Below are positions 52,683-62,370 of a DNA stretch of 64,000 nucleotides, in pieces. The number at the start of each line of letters is the position of its first letter. Position 1 is the first letter of the stretch. The translations under genes and the position numbers were made by a program. Source of the DNA: Candidatus Hermodarchaeota archaeon (GTDB taxonomy: Archaea > Asgardarchaeota > Lokiarchaeia > Sigyniarchaeales > SOKP01); NCBI GenBank assembly GCA_048885535.1, contig JBHLLO010000008.1, positions 1 through 64,000 of the forward strand, written 5' to 3'. The notes under the pieces are model-generated. The model saw only the letters and a list, made by a program, of their open reading frames with translations. It did not search any database and was not told the origin of the DNA.

Positions 52683-52790
52683 TTAAATAGATCGAATTTA
52701 TTTTATAAAAAAAATACATTAATTTTCAATTATTCAATCACCTTATTAGATGATTCACTTTTTTATCTTCAAAATAAACAATTATTTATT

Positions 52791-54242
52791 ATGAAAATGA
52801 TTGATGAATTAAAAGTATTTGATGATAGCTTAATAGAAAGACTTTCAAATTTAGCAAAAAATGAAATTGAATACTGGGATATTAGGATTACACTTCAAAA
52901 CGGAACAACATTAGATTTTACAAATCAAAGAAGCAAAGAAATTAGTTCATATGAAACTGTAGAATGTGGAATAAGAACATTTTTAAGTGGTGGATGGGGA
53001 TTTTGTGTACCAAAAACATTAAGTAGAGAAAGTATAATAAACAGTTTTTCAAAGGCGATCAAGCTTGCAAAGAAATCTAATCTACTTTGTAGAAATAAGT
53101 TTAATATAGCTGAAACAAAACCCATTCAAAATCATTTTAAAATTAATAGTAAAAAAAAATTAGAAAACATTGATATAATTGATAAAATTGAGATTGTAAA
53201 ATATCATGAAGAAATCGCTTCTAATTACTCTAAAGAAGTAAAAAATAGTCATACAATATATTTAGATGGTTATTCTAAACATCTATTTATAAATTCTTTT
53301 GATAGTAAGATATACCAGGATTTTGAAATATTACGTATCTTTTCAGCTGTCTATGCTCAAAAGAAAGGTATAATACAAAATGCTATGAATTCAGTTGGAG
53401 GAGTTGGGGGATTTGAAATTGTAGAAACTGAAGAAGCTGAGAATGTGAGTCTGAAATCAGCAAAACAAGCAATTGCGCTTTTAGACGCTAAATCGCCCGT
53501 AGGTGGTAAATTTAATGTGATAATGGATTCCAAGTTAACAGGAACCTTTATTCATGAAGCATTTGGTCATGCTTGTGAGGCTGATCTCGTTTTAAACAAG
53601 GAAAGTATCTTAGAAGATAAAATTGGAAAAACAGTAGCAATTGAAGATGTAAACGTAATTGATGATCCCACTATAGGTCAAGGAAAAGCATTTAATTTAC
53701 CATATGAATTATATGGAAGTTATTTTGTAGATGATGAGGGTGTCCCTGCACAAAAAACTTCAATAATTGAAAACGGTGTCCTTCGAAACTTCTTACATAA
53801 TATTGAAACCGCCTCAAGGATGTCTGTAATGCCCAATGGTCATGGAAGAGCTAATTCCAGTACAGCAAATCCTCAAGTGAGGATGGGTTTCACATATTTA
53901 GAACCTAAAGATTGGGAATTGGATGAGATGATTGAAGATACAAAAGTGGGGATGTTATGTGAGGATTTCCAATATGGATATACTGATGCTACAACAGGAA
54001 ATTTTCAATTTAAATGTAAATTTTCTTATAAAATTGAAAATGGGGATAAAAAAGAATTAATGAGAGATGTATCACTTTCTGGAATGACTTTAGAAGTATT
54101 GAAAAAAATAAATGCTATAGGCAATAGAAAAACTTTTCATTATTCTGACGGAATATGCGGAAAAGGTGGTCAAGGTATAAGAGTATGTGATGGAGGGCCA
54201 TATATTAGAACTAAAGATATTATTGTTGGAGGACTTAATTAG
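52791..54242 (+). CDS. tldD: TldD metalloprotease
   Basis: HEAFGHACEAD, DDEG, CGKGGQ. Confidence 0.93.
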   Translation: MKMIDELKVFDDSLIERLSNLAKNEIEYWDIRITLQNGTTLDFTNQRSKEISSYETVECGIRTFLSGGWGFCVPKTLSRESIINSFSKAIKLAKKSNLLCRNKFNIAETKPIQNHFKINSKKKLENIDIIDKIEIVKYHEEIASNYSKEVKNSHTIYLDGYSKHLFINSFDSKIYQDFEILRIFSAVYAQKKGIIQNAMNSVGGVGGFEIVETEEAENVSLKSAKQAIALLDAKSPVGGKFNVIMDSKLTGTFIHEAFGHACEADLVLNKESILEDKIGKTVAIEDVNVIDDPTIGQGKAFNLPYELYGSYFVDDEGVPAQKTSIIENGVLRNFLHNIETASRMSVMPNGHGRANSSTANPQVRMGFTYLEPKDWELDEMIEDTKVGMLCEDFQYGYTDATTGNFQFKCKFSYKIENGDKKELMRDVSLSGMTLEVLKKINAIGNRKTFHYSDGICGKGGQGIRVCDGGPYIRTKDIIVGGLN

Positions 54243-55613
54243 ATGGATAATACTTCAAATATATTCAACCTTGCTTCAACAGGATTGAAATTTGCAGAAA
54301 AAAGTGGTGGGATGCTCGCTGAAATATATTTCTCGCTTAATGATTACATTAATATAGATATAGAAGAAAACTCGATAAAAAACAATGAAATTGGCAGTGA
54401 TTACGGTGTTGGAATTCGTTTGATAAATCAAAAAGGTTCATTAGGATTTGCTTTTACCAACAGATTAGATCAAAAATATATTGAGAAAATGACTAAAAAT
54501 GCAGCTAGCATGATGAGAGTTGGAACAGAGGATCCCGATTTTAAGAATTTACCTCCTAGATATGAAAATTATAACCAAGTTAAAGGGCTGTATGATAAAA
54601 ATATAAAAAATCTACCAATTGAGGATTCAATCAAATATGTTGCAAATCTAATTAAGATCTGCGATGAGGACGAACTTGCAGTATCTCAGTCTGGGAATTT
54701 TTCATCTAGCTATAATAAAACATTCATTTTCAATACTAATGGATTAGAAGTAAAATCTAAAACTACAGTTTGCTCTATCTCTTCACACGTTATTGTAAAG
54801 GATCAATTAACCAAAGATACCTCCTTTGGTTTTGAAAATCAGATCAAAAGGAATCTAAAGGAAATAAATAGCGAGCAAGTTATTAAAGCAGCTTTAAATA
54901 GTGCAAAACGAAATTTAAATAGGAAAAAAATAAAAAGTACTAAGGTACCGATAATTCTTACTCCTAAAGGAGTAATTAGTTTTATTTTAAGACCATTAGC
55001 TTCAGCTATTAATGCTGAAACTTTCCAATATAAAAGGAGTTTCCTTGTTGGAAAGAGAGGTGAATCCATTGGACCATCATTTCTAAATATTGAGGATAAC
55101 GCATTAGTTGATGGAGCTGTAGGATCTGCTACTTTTGATGGAGAAGGAGTGCCTTGTAAAAACAAGAAAGTAATCGAAAAAGGAATATTCTTGAAATCTG
55201 GATTATTACACAATACTTACACTGCCAATAAAGAGGGTGTTGAGAGCTCAGGAAATGCAGCACGTAATTCATATGGTTCCCTGCCAAGTATCGGAATTTC
55301 TAACCTTATTCTTCAAGCAGGAGAATCAACAAGAAAAGAAATGATTGGGGATGTCAAAGAAGGTATTTTTCTGGATTATACTGGTGACAGACCTAATATT
55401 TCTACAGGAGATTTTTCTGGATTAATCCTACAAGGAAATTTAATAAAAAATGGTGAAATTTCAGATCCACTCAATGAGACAATGTTTGGCATTAATTTGT
55501 TAGATCTATTTAACCGTATTGAAGAAGTCTCTAAAGAGGTAAAAATTTATGGTCCCTATCAAGCTCCTTATGTGAAAATTAAGGATGTACAAATTATTGG
55601 AAGTGCTATTTAA
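54243..55613 (+). CDS. pmbA: PmbA/TldE
   Basis: FDGEGV, SGNA, TGDFS; follows tldD. Confidence 0.9.
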   Translation: MDNTSNIFNLASTGLKFAEKSGGMLAEIYFSLNDYINIDIEENSIKNNEIGSDYGVGIRLINQKGSLGFAFTNRLDQKYIEKMTKNAASMMRVGTEDPDFKNLPPRYENYNQVKGLYDKNIKNLPIEDSIKYVANLIKICDEDELAVSQSGNFSSSYNKTFIFNTNGLEVKSKTTVCSISSHVIVKDQLTKDTSFGFENQIKRNLKEINSEQVIKAALNSAKRNLNRKKIKSTKVPIILTPKGVISFILRPLASAINAETFQYKRSFLVGKRGESIGPSFLNIEDNALVDGAVGSATFDGEGVPCKNKKVIEKGIFLKSGLLHNTYTANKEGVESSGNAARNSYGSLPSIGISNLILQAGESTRKEMIGDVKEGIFLDYTGDRPNISTGDFSGLILQGNLIKNGEISDPLNETMFGINLLDLFNRIEEVSKEVKIYGPYQAPYVKIKDVQIIGSAI

Positions 55614-56131
55614 GTAGTAATATTTAACCACAAAAATAGAAAATCAAAGTACTTTTCAATATCTGATATCTCCCATAATTCAACAATAATCCTCTGATTA
55701 GCACCTGGTAGTGAAAATGAAACATTTAACATGTTAGAAATCCAACCTTCACTATGCTTTAATGTAAATTGGCTAGAATTGTAATATGAGGTTGCATTTT
55801 TAGCTGGTTCAGTTGGACTTAAAATAGTGTTATTGTCACCCGTTAGTATTTCTACCTTAAAGGTAAAATCTCTATTTAGATAATTTTGAACAGATACATA
55901 GAATGATATATTCTCTCCTACATTTGCTTCTATTGGGTAATTCTCAGCTCTCTTTTCTGAATTTAGTAATCCAAAAATAACAAAACCCGGCTCAGGAGTT
56001 AAAATGTAATATATTATAAAGCCAGATACAATGAGAATCCCTATGATTACACTAATTTTCACTATTTTCTCAAGAGGATGACTCTTACTCAATTCATCAA
56101 CTTTTTTCTCATTTCTCTGCACTTTATACAT
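55610..56131 (-). CDS. DUF1616-like membrane-anchored protein
   Basis: One TM helix then FGLLNSEKRAENYP, VQNY, FLWLNIT. Confidence 0.65.
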   Translation of the reverse strand: MYKVQRNEKKVDELSKSHPLEKIVKISVIIGILIVSGFIIYYILTPEPGFVIFGLLNSEKRAENYPIEANVGENISFYVSVQNYLNRDFTFKVEILTGDNNTILSPTEPAKNATSYYNSSQFTLKHSEGWISNMLNVSFSLPGANQRIIVELWEISDIEKYFDFLFLWLNITT

Positions 56132-57185
56132 TATCTTTAAACCATGCAATTGTTTTTTTTAATCCCTCTCTCAAGGAAGTTGTAGGTTCCCAGTTTAATA
56201 ATTTTTTTGCTTTAGTAAGATCAGGGCATCTTTTTACAGGATCATCAATAGGTAAAGCTTTAAAGATGATTCTAGAGTTAGAATTAACCAATTCTTTTAT
56301 GATTTTAGCTAATTCCAGAATTGTGTACTCTTTATCATTGCCCAAATTGATTACCTCTCCAGTTGCTTTCTCATTATGAACCATCTTTAGAATCCCCTCG
56401 ATTTCATCAATGACATATATAAAGGATCTTGTTTGAGACCCATCTCCAAAAATAGTTATATCTTCATCATTTAAAGCTTGAAATATAAAGTTGGGAATAA
56501 CACGTCCAAATTCAGGACCATGTCGTATTCTAGGACCAGAAGTATTGAAAATTCTCACTATTTTCGTTTTTATTTTATGCTGGAGCTCATAAGCTTTAAC
56601 AAAAGCCTCCCCAGCCCTTTTAGATTCGTCATAACAAGATCTAGGTCCAACTGGATTTACATGTCCAAAATACTCTTCTGACGTGGGTATAGCATCATTA
56701 GGAGGATTTCCATACACTTCTGATGTACTTGTATAGAAGAACAAGGCATTATGAGCTTTGGCAATTCCTAAAGCATTCATAGTTCCAAGAGTATTGCTTT
56801 TTAATATTGGAATAGGAAATCTCTTGAACTCAAAAGGAGATGCTCTACTAGCCATATGCATTACAATATCAATTTTTTTAATATCACCTATACAAACACC
56901 TTTGGGGTGATGAGTAAGACCAAAATATATGGGTTCAGAGATATCATGATTTATGAATCTAAAATTATCCTTTTGCATTAAATGGGCTACATTGTCAAAC
57001 CGTCCAGAAGATAAATTATCAAGACATATGCATAATGCTTCCTGTTTAACTAAAACATCACATACCCAAGAACCTAAAAAACCAGTACCACCTGTAACCA
57101 AAATTATTCTATTTTTAAAACTTATACTTTCTTTATTAAGGCGATTTATTATTTCATCAATATCTTGAGTTATATCATAATTCAT
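56124..57185 (-). CDS. UDP-glucuronate decarboxylase-like NAD-dependent epimerase/dehydratase
   Basis: TGGTGFLGS, ASRASP, STSEVYG, RSCYDESKR, RIFNT. Confidence 0.92.
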   Translation of the reverse strand: MNYDITQDIDEIINRLNKESISFKNRIILVTGGTGFLGSWVCDVLVKQEALCICLDNLSSGRFDNVAHLMQKDNFRFINHDISEPIYFGLTHHPKGVCIGDIKKIDIVMHMASRASPFEFKRFPIPILKSNTLGTMNALGIAKAHNALFFYTSTSEVYGNPPNDAIPTSEEYFGHVNPVGPRSCYDESKRAGEAFVKAYELQHKIKTKIVRIFNTSGPRIRHGPEFGRVIPNFIFQALNDEDITIFGDGSQTRSFIYVIDEIEGILKMVHNEKATGEVINLGNDKEYTILELAKIIKELVNSNSRIIFKALPIDDPVKRCPDLTKAKKLLNWEPTTSLREGLKKTIAWFKDNV

Positions 57186-57328
57186 ATATTACAACCTTGA
57201 GAGAAAGCTCATTGTGTCTTATTTTTGTATTTAAAATTATTATTTTCTTTAAGATTTTTGCTTTCCTAAAAAACTAGTTGAATTATTAAATAACAAATAC
57301 TCAGAAATAGCTATCCTTGGAATATATT

Positions 57329-57919
57329 TTATAGGGTACGGTTTCCACAATGTTGACAAAATTTTAATTCTAATGGATAAAGTCTACCACAATTTGAACA
57401 CTTTTTTAATGAACTTTTTAGAATCTCTCTTCCAAGCATCTCAAATACTTGTTCAACATTCTCTCCAGTTTTTGAAGAAGTACCAATAATATCGCCTTTA
57501 AAGTTATATTTATAATGAATTTTTTCAGCATCTTCTTTATTTATTTCTCTTTGATCTTCTAAGTCAAGTTTAGCTTCCACGAGTAGTTTTGTTTTAGGAG
57601 AGTTAGGAACAGAACTAATCACTTTTATCCAATCATGTAGATCCGCCAAAGATTCTCTGTTGGTTATGTCATATAAGATTAAAGCTCCTGATGCACCAGA
57701 AACATAAGAAGGTAAAAGGAGTCTGAATTTTTTCTCTCCAGCGAAATCCCATATGTTCAAAAGAATCTCATTATCATCAACTATTACCTTTTTAGTTTCA
57801 AAATCTACTCCAATTGTAGATAATGTAGAAGTATCAAATTTTCCAGTAGCATAACGCCTAATGAGAGATGTTTTACCTACATTTTTAGCTCCAGCCACAA
57901 CAACTTTAAACTTTATCAT
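57329..57919 (-). CDS. Rab-like small GTPase with C-terminal zinc ribbon
   Basis: GAKNVGKTS, STIGVDF, WDFAGE, AKLD, TSSK; CSNC...CQHC tail. Confidence 0.9.
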   Translation of the reverse strand: MIKFKVVVAGAKNVGKTSLIRRYATGKFDTSTLSTIGVDFETKKVIVDDNEILLNIWDFAGEKKFRLLLPSYVSGASGALILYDITNRESLADLHDWIKVISSVPNSPKTKLLVEAKLDLEDQREINKEDAEKIHYKYNFKGDIIGTSSKTGENVEQVFEMLGREILKSSLKKCSNCGRLYPLELKFCQHCGNRTL

Positions 57920-58113
57920 TTCTCAATATTACCTTTAAATAAATTGAATCTGAGTTTATTTCAATATAATATTATTAATATGAATAAATAATTTTATGTT
58001 TTCTATTTAATTGATTTTAAGAGCATTAATTAAATAATTTGTACATTTTCAAAATAAATTTAAGCTAAAAAAAAATTTATGATATTAAGAAATCCTAGAT
58101 AAAATAAGGCAAT

Positions 58114-58593
58114 ATGAGTCAGGCATCGTGGAAGTATCTAATAAATGGTAGTTATGTAATGATGGCTTCAATATTCCTACCAATTACTTATCACTCCCTG
58201 CGCGATGTTTATCATGAATTTCATGCTTTTTTTTGGATATTTGGATTGATTATCCATGTAGATGGTGCGATAGATATGGTTTGGTTTTTTAAAATCTCTG
58301 GTGGATATTGGCTTTTACCGATAACTACAATACTAATTATTATCCTTGGTTCGATTATGATTATAGTTTTAGCAATAATGGTTAAGAAAGGGAAAAAAGT
58401 TAAAAGATGGATATTTACATTAATAGTTACTCTTGAAGCTTCAATTATATTGATAAATTTTGGGTTTTATGAGTTTCTTAGAAATGCATTTTTTGGATAT
58501 TTGTCATTTTTATTTGGGTTAATCTTATTAGTTATTGGCAACAAGAAGTATTATAAAGAATCCCGTAATTCAAGAAATATTTTGGAATCATGA
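58114..58593 (+). CDS. Membrane protein, paralog 1 of tandem triplet
   Basis: SWKYLINGSYVM...FFGYLSFLF shared with paralogs. Confidence 0.75.
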   Translation: MSQASWKYLINGSYVMMASIFLPITYHSLRDVYHEFHAFFWIFGLIIHVDGAIDMVWFFKISGGYWLLPITTILIIILGSIMIIVLAIMVKKGKKVKRWIFTLIVTLEASIILINFGFYEFLRNAFFGYLSFLFGLILLVIGNKKYYKESRNSRNILES

Positions 58594-59045
58594 CTCAAGA
58601 ACCTTGGAAAAATCTGATAAACTTTAGTTATGTAATGTTGGTGTCCCTATTAATTCCATCTCATTTTACTATTCTTGAAGCCACCTTTGGATATGGGCAT
58701 TCAACTGTTGGTGTACTTCTTTGGATACACGGTTTGTCCTACTCAGGTTATGGGATAGGTTGGATTTGGCAAACAACTTATTCTCGTTATATAGGGGTTC
58801 AACTTATATTTTCTCTGTATCTAATAATTATAATCTCAGTCAGCACACACATTCTTGCTCGAATAATCAAGAAAAAGGAGAAACTTAGAAAGAAAACGAG
58901 TTATGCGATAGTTTATTCAATTATTTTCCTTCAGAGTATACTACTGTTCCTTAACTTAATTATGCTTCCCTTCTTCCCATTTTTTGGATATCTCTTATGG
59001 ACATTTGCTCTTTTGTTATTAATTAAGACAGTAAAAACTTTGTAG
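58590..59045 (+). CDS. Membrane protein, paralog 2 of tandem triplet
   Basis: PWKNLINFSYVM...FFGYLL; ATGA overlap with paralog 1. Confidence 0.72.
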   Translation: MTQEPWKNLINFSYVMLVSLLIPSHFTILEATFGYGHSTVGVLLWIHGLSYSGYGIGWIWQTTYSRYIGVQLIFSLYLIIIISVSTHILARIIKKKEKLRKKTSYAIVYSIIFLQSILLFLNLIMLPFFPFFGYLLWTFALLLLIKTVKTL

Positions 59046-59125
59046 ATTATTTGCATAATTTCAAAATAAATTTAAGTTAAAAAATGATTTATCATCTTAA
59101 GAAATCCTAAAAAAAGTGAGTGAAT

Positions 59126-59596
59126 ATGACTCAAGAGTCATGGAAATATCTAATAAATGGTAGTTATGTGATGTTGGCTTCTTTATTTTTACCGATTGGT
59201 TATAGTTCGTTATGTTGTCCTACAACTCATATTTTCATATGGGTATTTTTCTGGATCTGGGTAGATAATACAATAAGGGTTCGTTGGTTTTTTGAAATAC
59301 AAATCATCCCAAATTATTGGTACTCTTGGTTTTATTGGATTTTGCCATTAATTTCGATTCTAGTTATTCTAGTTGGTTCGATTTCTATCATAATTTCAGC
59401 AAGAATGATAAGAAAAGGGAAAAAAGCCAGTAAAGGGATATTTACATTAATAATTTTTCTTCAATTCGCAATTTTATTGATAAACTTAATTGCCTATTTT
59501 GGTCAGGTATTTTTTGGATATTTATCATTTTTATTTGCGCTAATCTTACTAATTAAAGGTAATAGAATGTTTCTTACAGAAACTAAAGCATTATAA
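59126..59596 (+). CDS. Membrane protein, paralog 3 of tandem triplet
   Basis: SWKYLINGSYVM...FFGYLSFLF. Confidence 0.75.
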   Translation: MTQESWKYLINGSYVMLASLFLPIGYSSLCCPTTHIFIWVFFWIWVDNTIRVRWFFEIQIIPNYWYSWFYWILPLISILVILVGSISIIISARMIRKGKKASKGIFTLIIFLQFAILLINLIAYFGQVFFGYLSFLFALILLIKGNRMFLTETKAL

Positions 59597-59597
59597 T

Positions 59598-61940
59598 CTA
59601 ACCTATATCTTCATTACTATATTTGTAGCGACTTATTTTAAGAATTTCTTCGGCAATTTTTTTTCCAATATTCTTAACTCTCATGAGGTCTCCATAATCC
59701 GCATTAAAAATGTTTTGGAGTGATTTTAGTTCTTTTAATAAGTTTTTTGCACGAAGTGAGTTCACACCAGGTATTCCAGCAACAATAAATTCCAATAAAC
59801 GGGATATCTCAATGGGTTTTTTATCAAATCTTAATTTTGGTTCTCCCTTTGACTCGGAAAATTCTTTTTTGGCCAATTGAAATAGAAATTTAGCTGTTTC
59901 TAAGGCATCTTTAGTCTTATAAATCAATACTCCTAGATTTAATATGATCGAAGTAATTGCACCATAAAGAGCATTTTCATTTATTGCAGAGTCTCCAAAA
60001 GGGTCGCCTTCTAAAATTAATATTGGCTTATCAAAATTATTTTTTAAATCAAATAGTTCATTAAACAATCTTCCATCTTTTAGAGAGTCATTAAAGTCTT
60101 GGCTAGATTTCCTCTCAATGCCTACTCTATCTGAAATTACATAATCAGCCACTTTTAGCTGTTCTAACTTAAGCTTAACTCCCATAAGTGAGAGATTTCT
60201 AACAACTGAGGAAGATGTTTCTCTATTATCACAAATTATAAAAAAAGTTTCATCTGATGGGATACTTTCTGGTTGCAGATTCTCATTATCTTCGGTTTCA
60301 ACTGATTGAGTCTTATTTTTATCTATGAAATTCAAGAGGCTAGGTTGATCCTTCTTAAGAGATGTTTCTGATTCTTTCATCTTTTTAAGACTTTGCCTCA
60401 TATTCTTCTCTTTTGACTTTTCTGCCCAATAATACCCCTCATCTCTAGTATTTTCTGCCATTAATATATAAACCTTACCCTCTTTTGCTCTTCCGGTTCG
60501 CCCTCTTCTTTGAATGGACCTTATTGCACTTGGTACAACATCATAAAAAATCACTAAATCACACTCAGCAATATCAAGCCCTTCTTCTGCCACGCTTGTC
60601 CCTACTAATGTATTAAAAATTCCATCTTTAAAATCTTCTAAAATACTAATTTGTTCCTTTTGAGATAACCCATTGTCGTATGATCTTTTCTGTTGTCCAA
60701 CAAATTTATGAGCTTTAATAATTGAATGGTTATCTAAAAATTTCACAATATTGTTAACAGAATCCCTAAAATGACAAAAAACTAAAATTCTGGAATTTTT
60801 ATTTTCCACTAACTGATTTTGTAATATCTCGACCAATCTTTCTAACTTTGGATGAATAATCCCTTTGGATATCACCGAATTTACTAAATTATTCATTCTT
60901 TTAAATTCATAATCCTCATGGAGTTCTTTTAATGACTTGTTTGCTGTATTTCTCTTAATCTTATCTTCAATCTTATCCAGATAATCCTTTAATGCGTTAA
61001 TCCCTTGAGTTTCAATCAGTTCCTGCATATGAGAAAGCCTAATGGCATTTGAAACATACTTTTTAGCAGCAAATAATTGAATCCTTTCATTATCATCTCG
61101 AGAGTTTGAAATCTTTTTGTTAATAATGGTATTTAATGTCAATAAATCCTTTCTAGTGATTTTATTAATATCTGCTGTATTTACAAGTCCTATATGTTTT
61201 AACCATTTGTAAATACTTCTCAATTTTTCTACTAAGATTTTAGTGATTTCCAGAAATTCATTAGGGAGAGCAATTTTGATCCACTCATTGTCAACATTGT
61301 GGATATAGGGTTTTACATCAGAATCTGTGTCAGTTCGAATTTCGATATGATTTATGTATAAATTATTCTTAATTTCATTAATTTTTCCTTCTGTGGATCC
61401 TGGGCTAGCTGTAAGACCTAAAATTTGAGCATTCTTAGCAAGCTCAATGTACTTCTGAGCAATGAAACAATACGCATAATCTCCTACAGCTCTATGGCAT
61501 TCATCAAAAATTATTAAGGAGACATCATCGATAGGGTAAAGATTGGAAATTATGTCATTTTGTAGGACTTGCGGGGTCATGAACGCAACTTTAGCTTCAC
61601 GCCAGATACTCAAGCGCTTATCAGGACTAACACTACCCGTCAAAGAGACAAGATTAGTTTCTGGAATATTAGTTAGATTTAAGAAAGATTTAAAATGTTG
61701 GTTTACTAATGGTTTAGTTGGAGCTAGAAAAATTACCTTACTATCTGGTAAAGTTGTTAACCTCTGCGCTGCTAACATTAGCCCTAATATTGTTTTACCT
61801 AATCCTGTAGGAATAACTACTAAACAGTTTTTATTTAGACAATTAATAAAAATATTTTCTTGATAAGCTCTTCTAATTACGGTATTTTCTTTGATTAAAG
61901 GGTGAGAAATAAAATCTTGTTTAGCAGATACAGAAATCAC
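59598..61940 (-). CDS. hef: Hef helicase/nuclease (FANCM/XPF-like)
   Basis: PTGLGKT, DECH, TASPG, QRRGRTGR; ERCC4 nuclease DYVIS..ERKS; HhH tail. Confidence 0.95.
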   Translation of the reverse strand: MISVSAKQDFISHPLIKENTVIRRAYQENIFINCLNKNCLVVIPTGLGKTILGLMLAAQRLTTLPDSKVIFLAPTKPLVNQHFKSFLNLTNIPETNLVSLTGSVSPDKRLSIWREAKVAFMTPQVLQNDIISNLYPIDDVSLIIFDECHRAVGDYAYCFIAQKYIELAKNAQILGLTASPGSTEGKINEIKNNLYINHIEIRTDTDSDVKPYIHNVDNEWIKIALPNEFLEITKILVEKLRSIYKWLKHIGLVNTADINKITRKDLLTLNTIINKKISNSRDDNERIQLFAAKKYVSNAIRLSHMQELIETQGINALKDYLDKIEDKIKRNTANKSLKELHEDYEFKRMNNLVNSVISKGIIHPKLERLVEILQNQLVENKNSRILVFCHFRDSVNNIVKFLDNHSIIKAHKFVGQQKRSYDNGLSQKEQISILEDFKDGIFNTLVGTSVAEEGLDIAECDLVIFYDVVPSAIRSIQRRGRTGRAKEGKVYILMAENTRDEGYYWAEKSKEKNMRQSLKKMKESETSLKKDQPSLLNFIDKNKTQSVETEDNENLQPESIPSDETFFIICDNRETSSSVVRNLSLMGVKLKLEQLKVADYVISDRVGIERKSSQDFNDSLKDGRLFNELFDLKNNFDKPILILEGDPFGDSAINENALYGAITSIILNLGVLIYKTKDALETAKFLFQLAKKEFSESKGEPKLRFDKKPIEISRLLEFIVAGIPGVNSLRAKNLLKELKSLQNIFNADYGDLMRVKNIGKKIAEEILKISRYKYSNEDIG

Positions 61941-62120
61941 CGAACTTTATGAATTTTATAATTATTCAAATAAATCTTTAATCTTTGTGTTATAAAGTTA
62001 TAGAGTCAATAGAATCTCTTAAATTATATTGATGCCTTTTTAATAATAAGTTAATAGATGAATTTGAAATACTTGAAGTTTTAATTTAGTACGCGCAAGT
62101 GGTCTAGGCGTTATGACGAC

Positions 62121-62152
62121 ATTTCTCGCATGATACTTATGAAAAACGTTAT
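62121..62152 (+). other. 32-nt tRNA intron at 28/29
   Basis: Helix GACG/CGTT, bulges AC^A and AT^A; removal gives a perfect anticodon stem. Confidence 0.8.
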
Positions 62153-62168
62153 ACGCTCACACCGTGTA

Positions 62169-62200
62169 AATCAACATTAAAAGAGAGTGTTGATCTCGAC
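62169..62200 (+). other. 32-nt tRNA intron at 44/45
   Basis: Helix CGTG/CTCG (one mismatch), bulges TA^A and AC^G, inner helix ATCAACATT/AGTGTTGAT; restores AGGTC. Confidence 0.8.
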
Positions 62201-62214
62201 GGTCGGGGGTTCAA

Positions 62215-62244
62215 TAATCTTAAAAATTATTTCAGATTGAAAAA
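62215..62244 (+). other. 30-nt tRNA intron in T-loop (about 58/59, boundaries +/-1)
   Basis: Inner AATCT/AGATT helix; removal gives TTCAATT loop; similar to intron 148-178. Confidence 0.75.
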
Positions 62245-62370
62245 TTCCCTCCTTGCGCACTCTTTTCTAGTAATATTCACCGTTTAATTACTTTATTTAG
62301 TGTATAAACCAAAAAAGTTTTATTTTATTATATATTTTAAATTTTAAACACTTTTTTTATGGTATAAACC

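Larger units (their letters stand above)
58047..59109 (+). repeat. Duplicated upstream element, copies at about 58047-58097 and 59059-59109
   Basis: TTTCAAAATAAATTTAAG-TAAAAAA...TTTAT-AT-TTAAGAAATCCTA precedes two paralogous genes. Confidence 0.8.
62093..62259 (+). tRNA. tRNA-Val(CAC) with three non-canonical introns
   Basis: Acceptor GCGCAAG/CTTGCGC; after removing 94 nt: 73-nt cloverleaf with ACACG-CTCACAC-CGTGT, AGGTC, GGGGG-TTCAATT-CCCTC. Confidence 0.85.

Noticed and set aside
56880-56930. Apparent in-frame insertion (FGLTHHPKGVCIG) in the UDP-glucuronate decarboxylase as another mRNA intron
   Set aside because: Only a weak CACC/GGTG hairpin; no 4-bp helix with two 3-nt bulges could be drawn
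371-61863. Numerous 60-165 aa antisense or overlapping ORFs in the track (e.g. 3634-4011, 7567-7965, 25413-25871, 50884-51381)
   Set aside because: They are shadows of well-supported genes on the opposite strand or in another frame, with no recognisable motifs
61925-61945. Non-canonical start for hef (GGTGA overlaps the listed GTG)
   Set aside because: Cannot distinguish a GTG start from a downstream non-AUG start; too weak to claim
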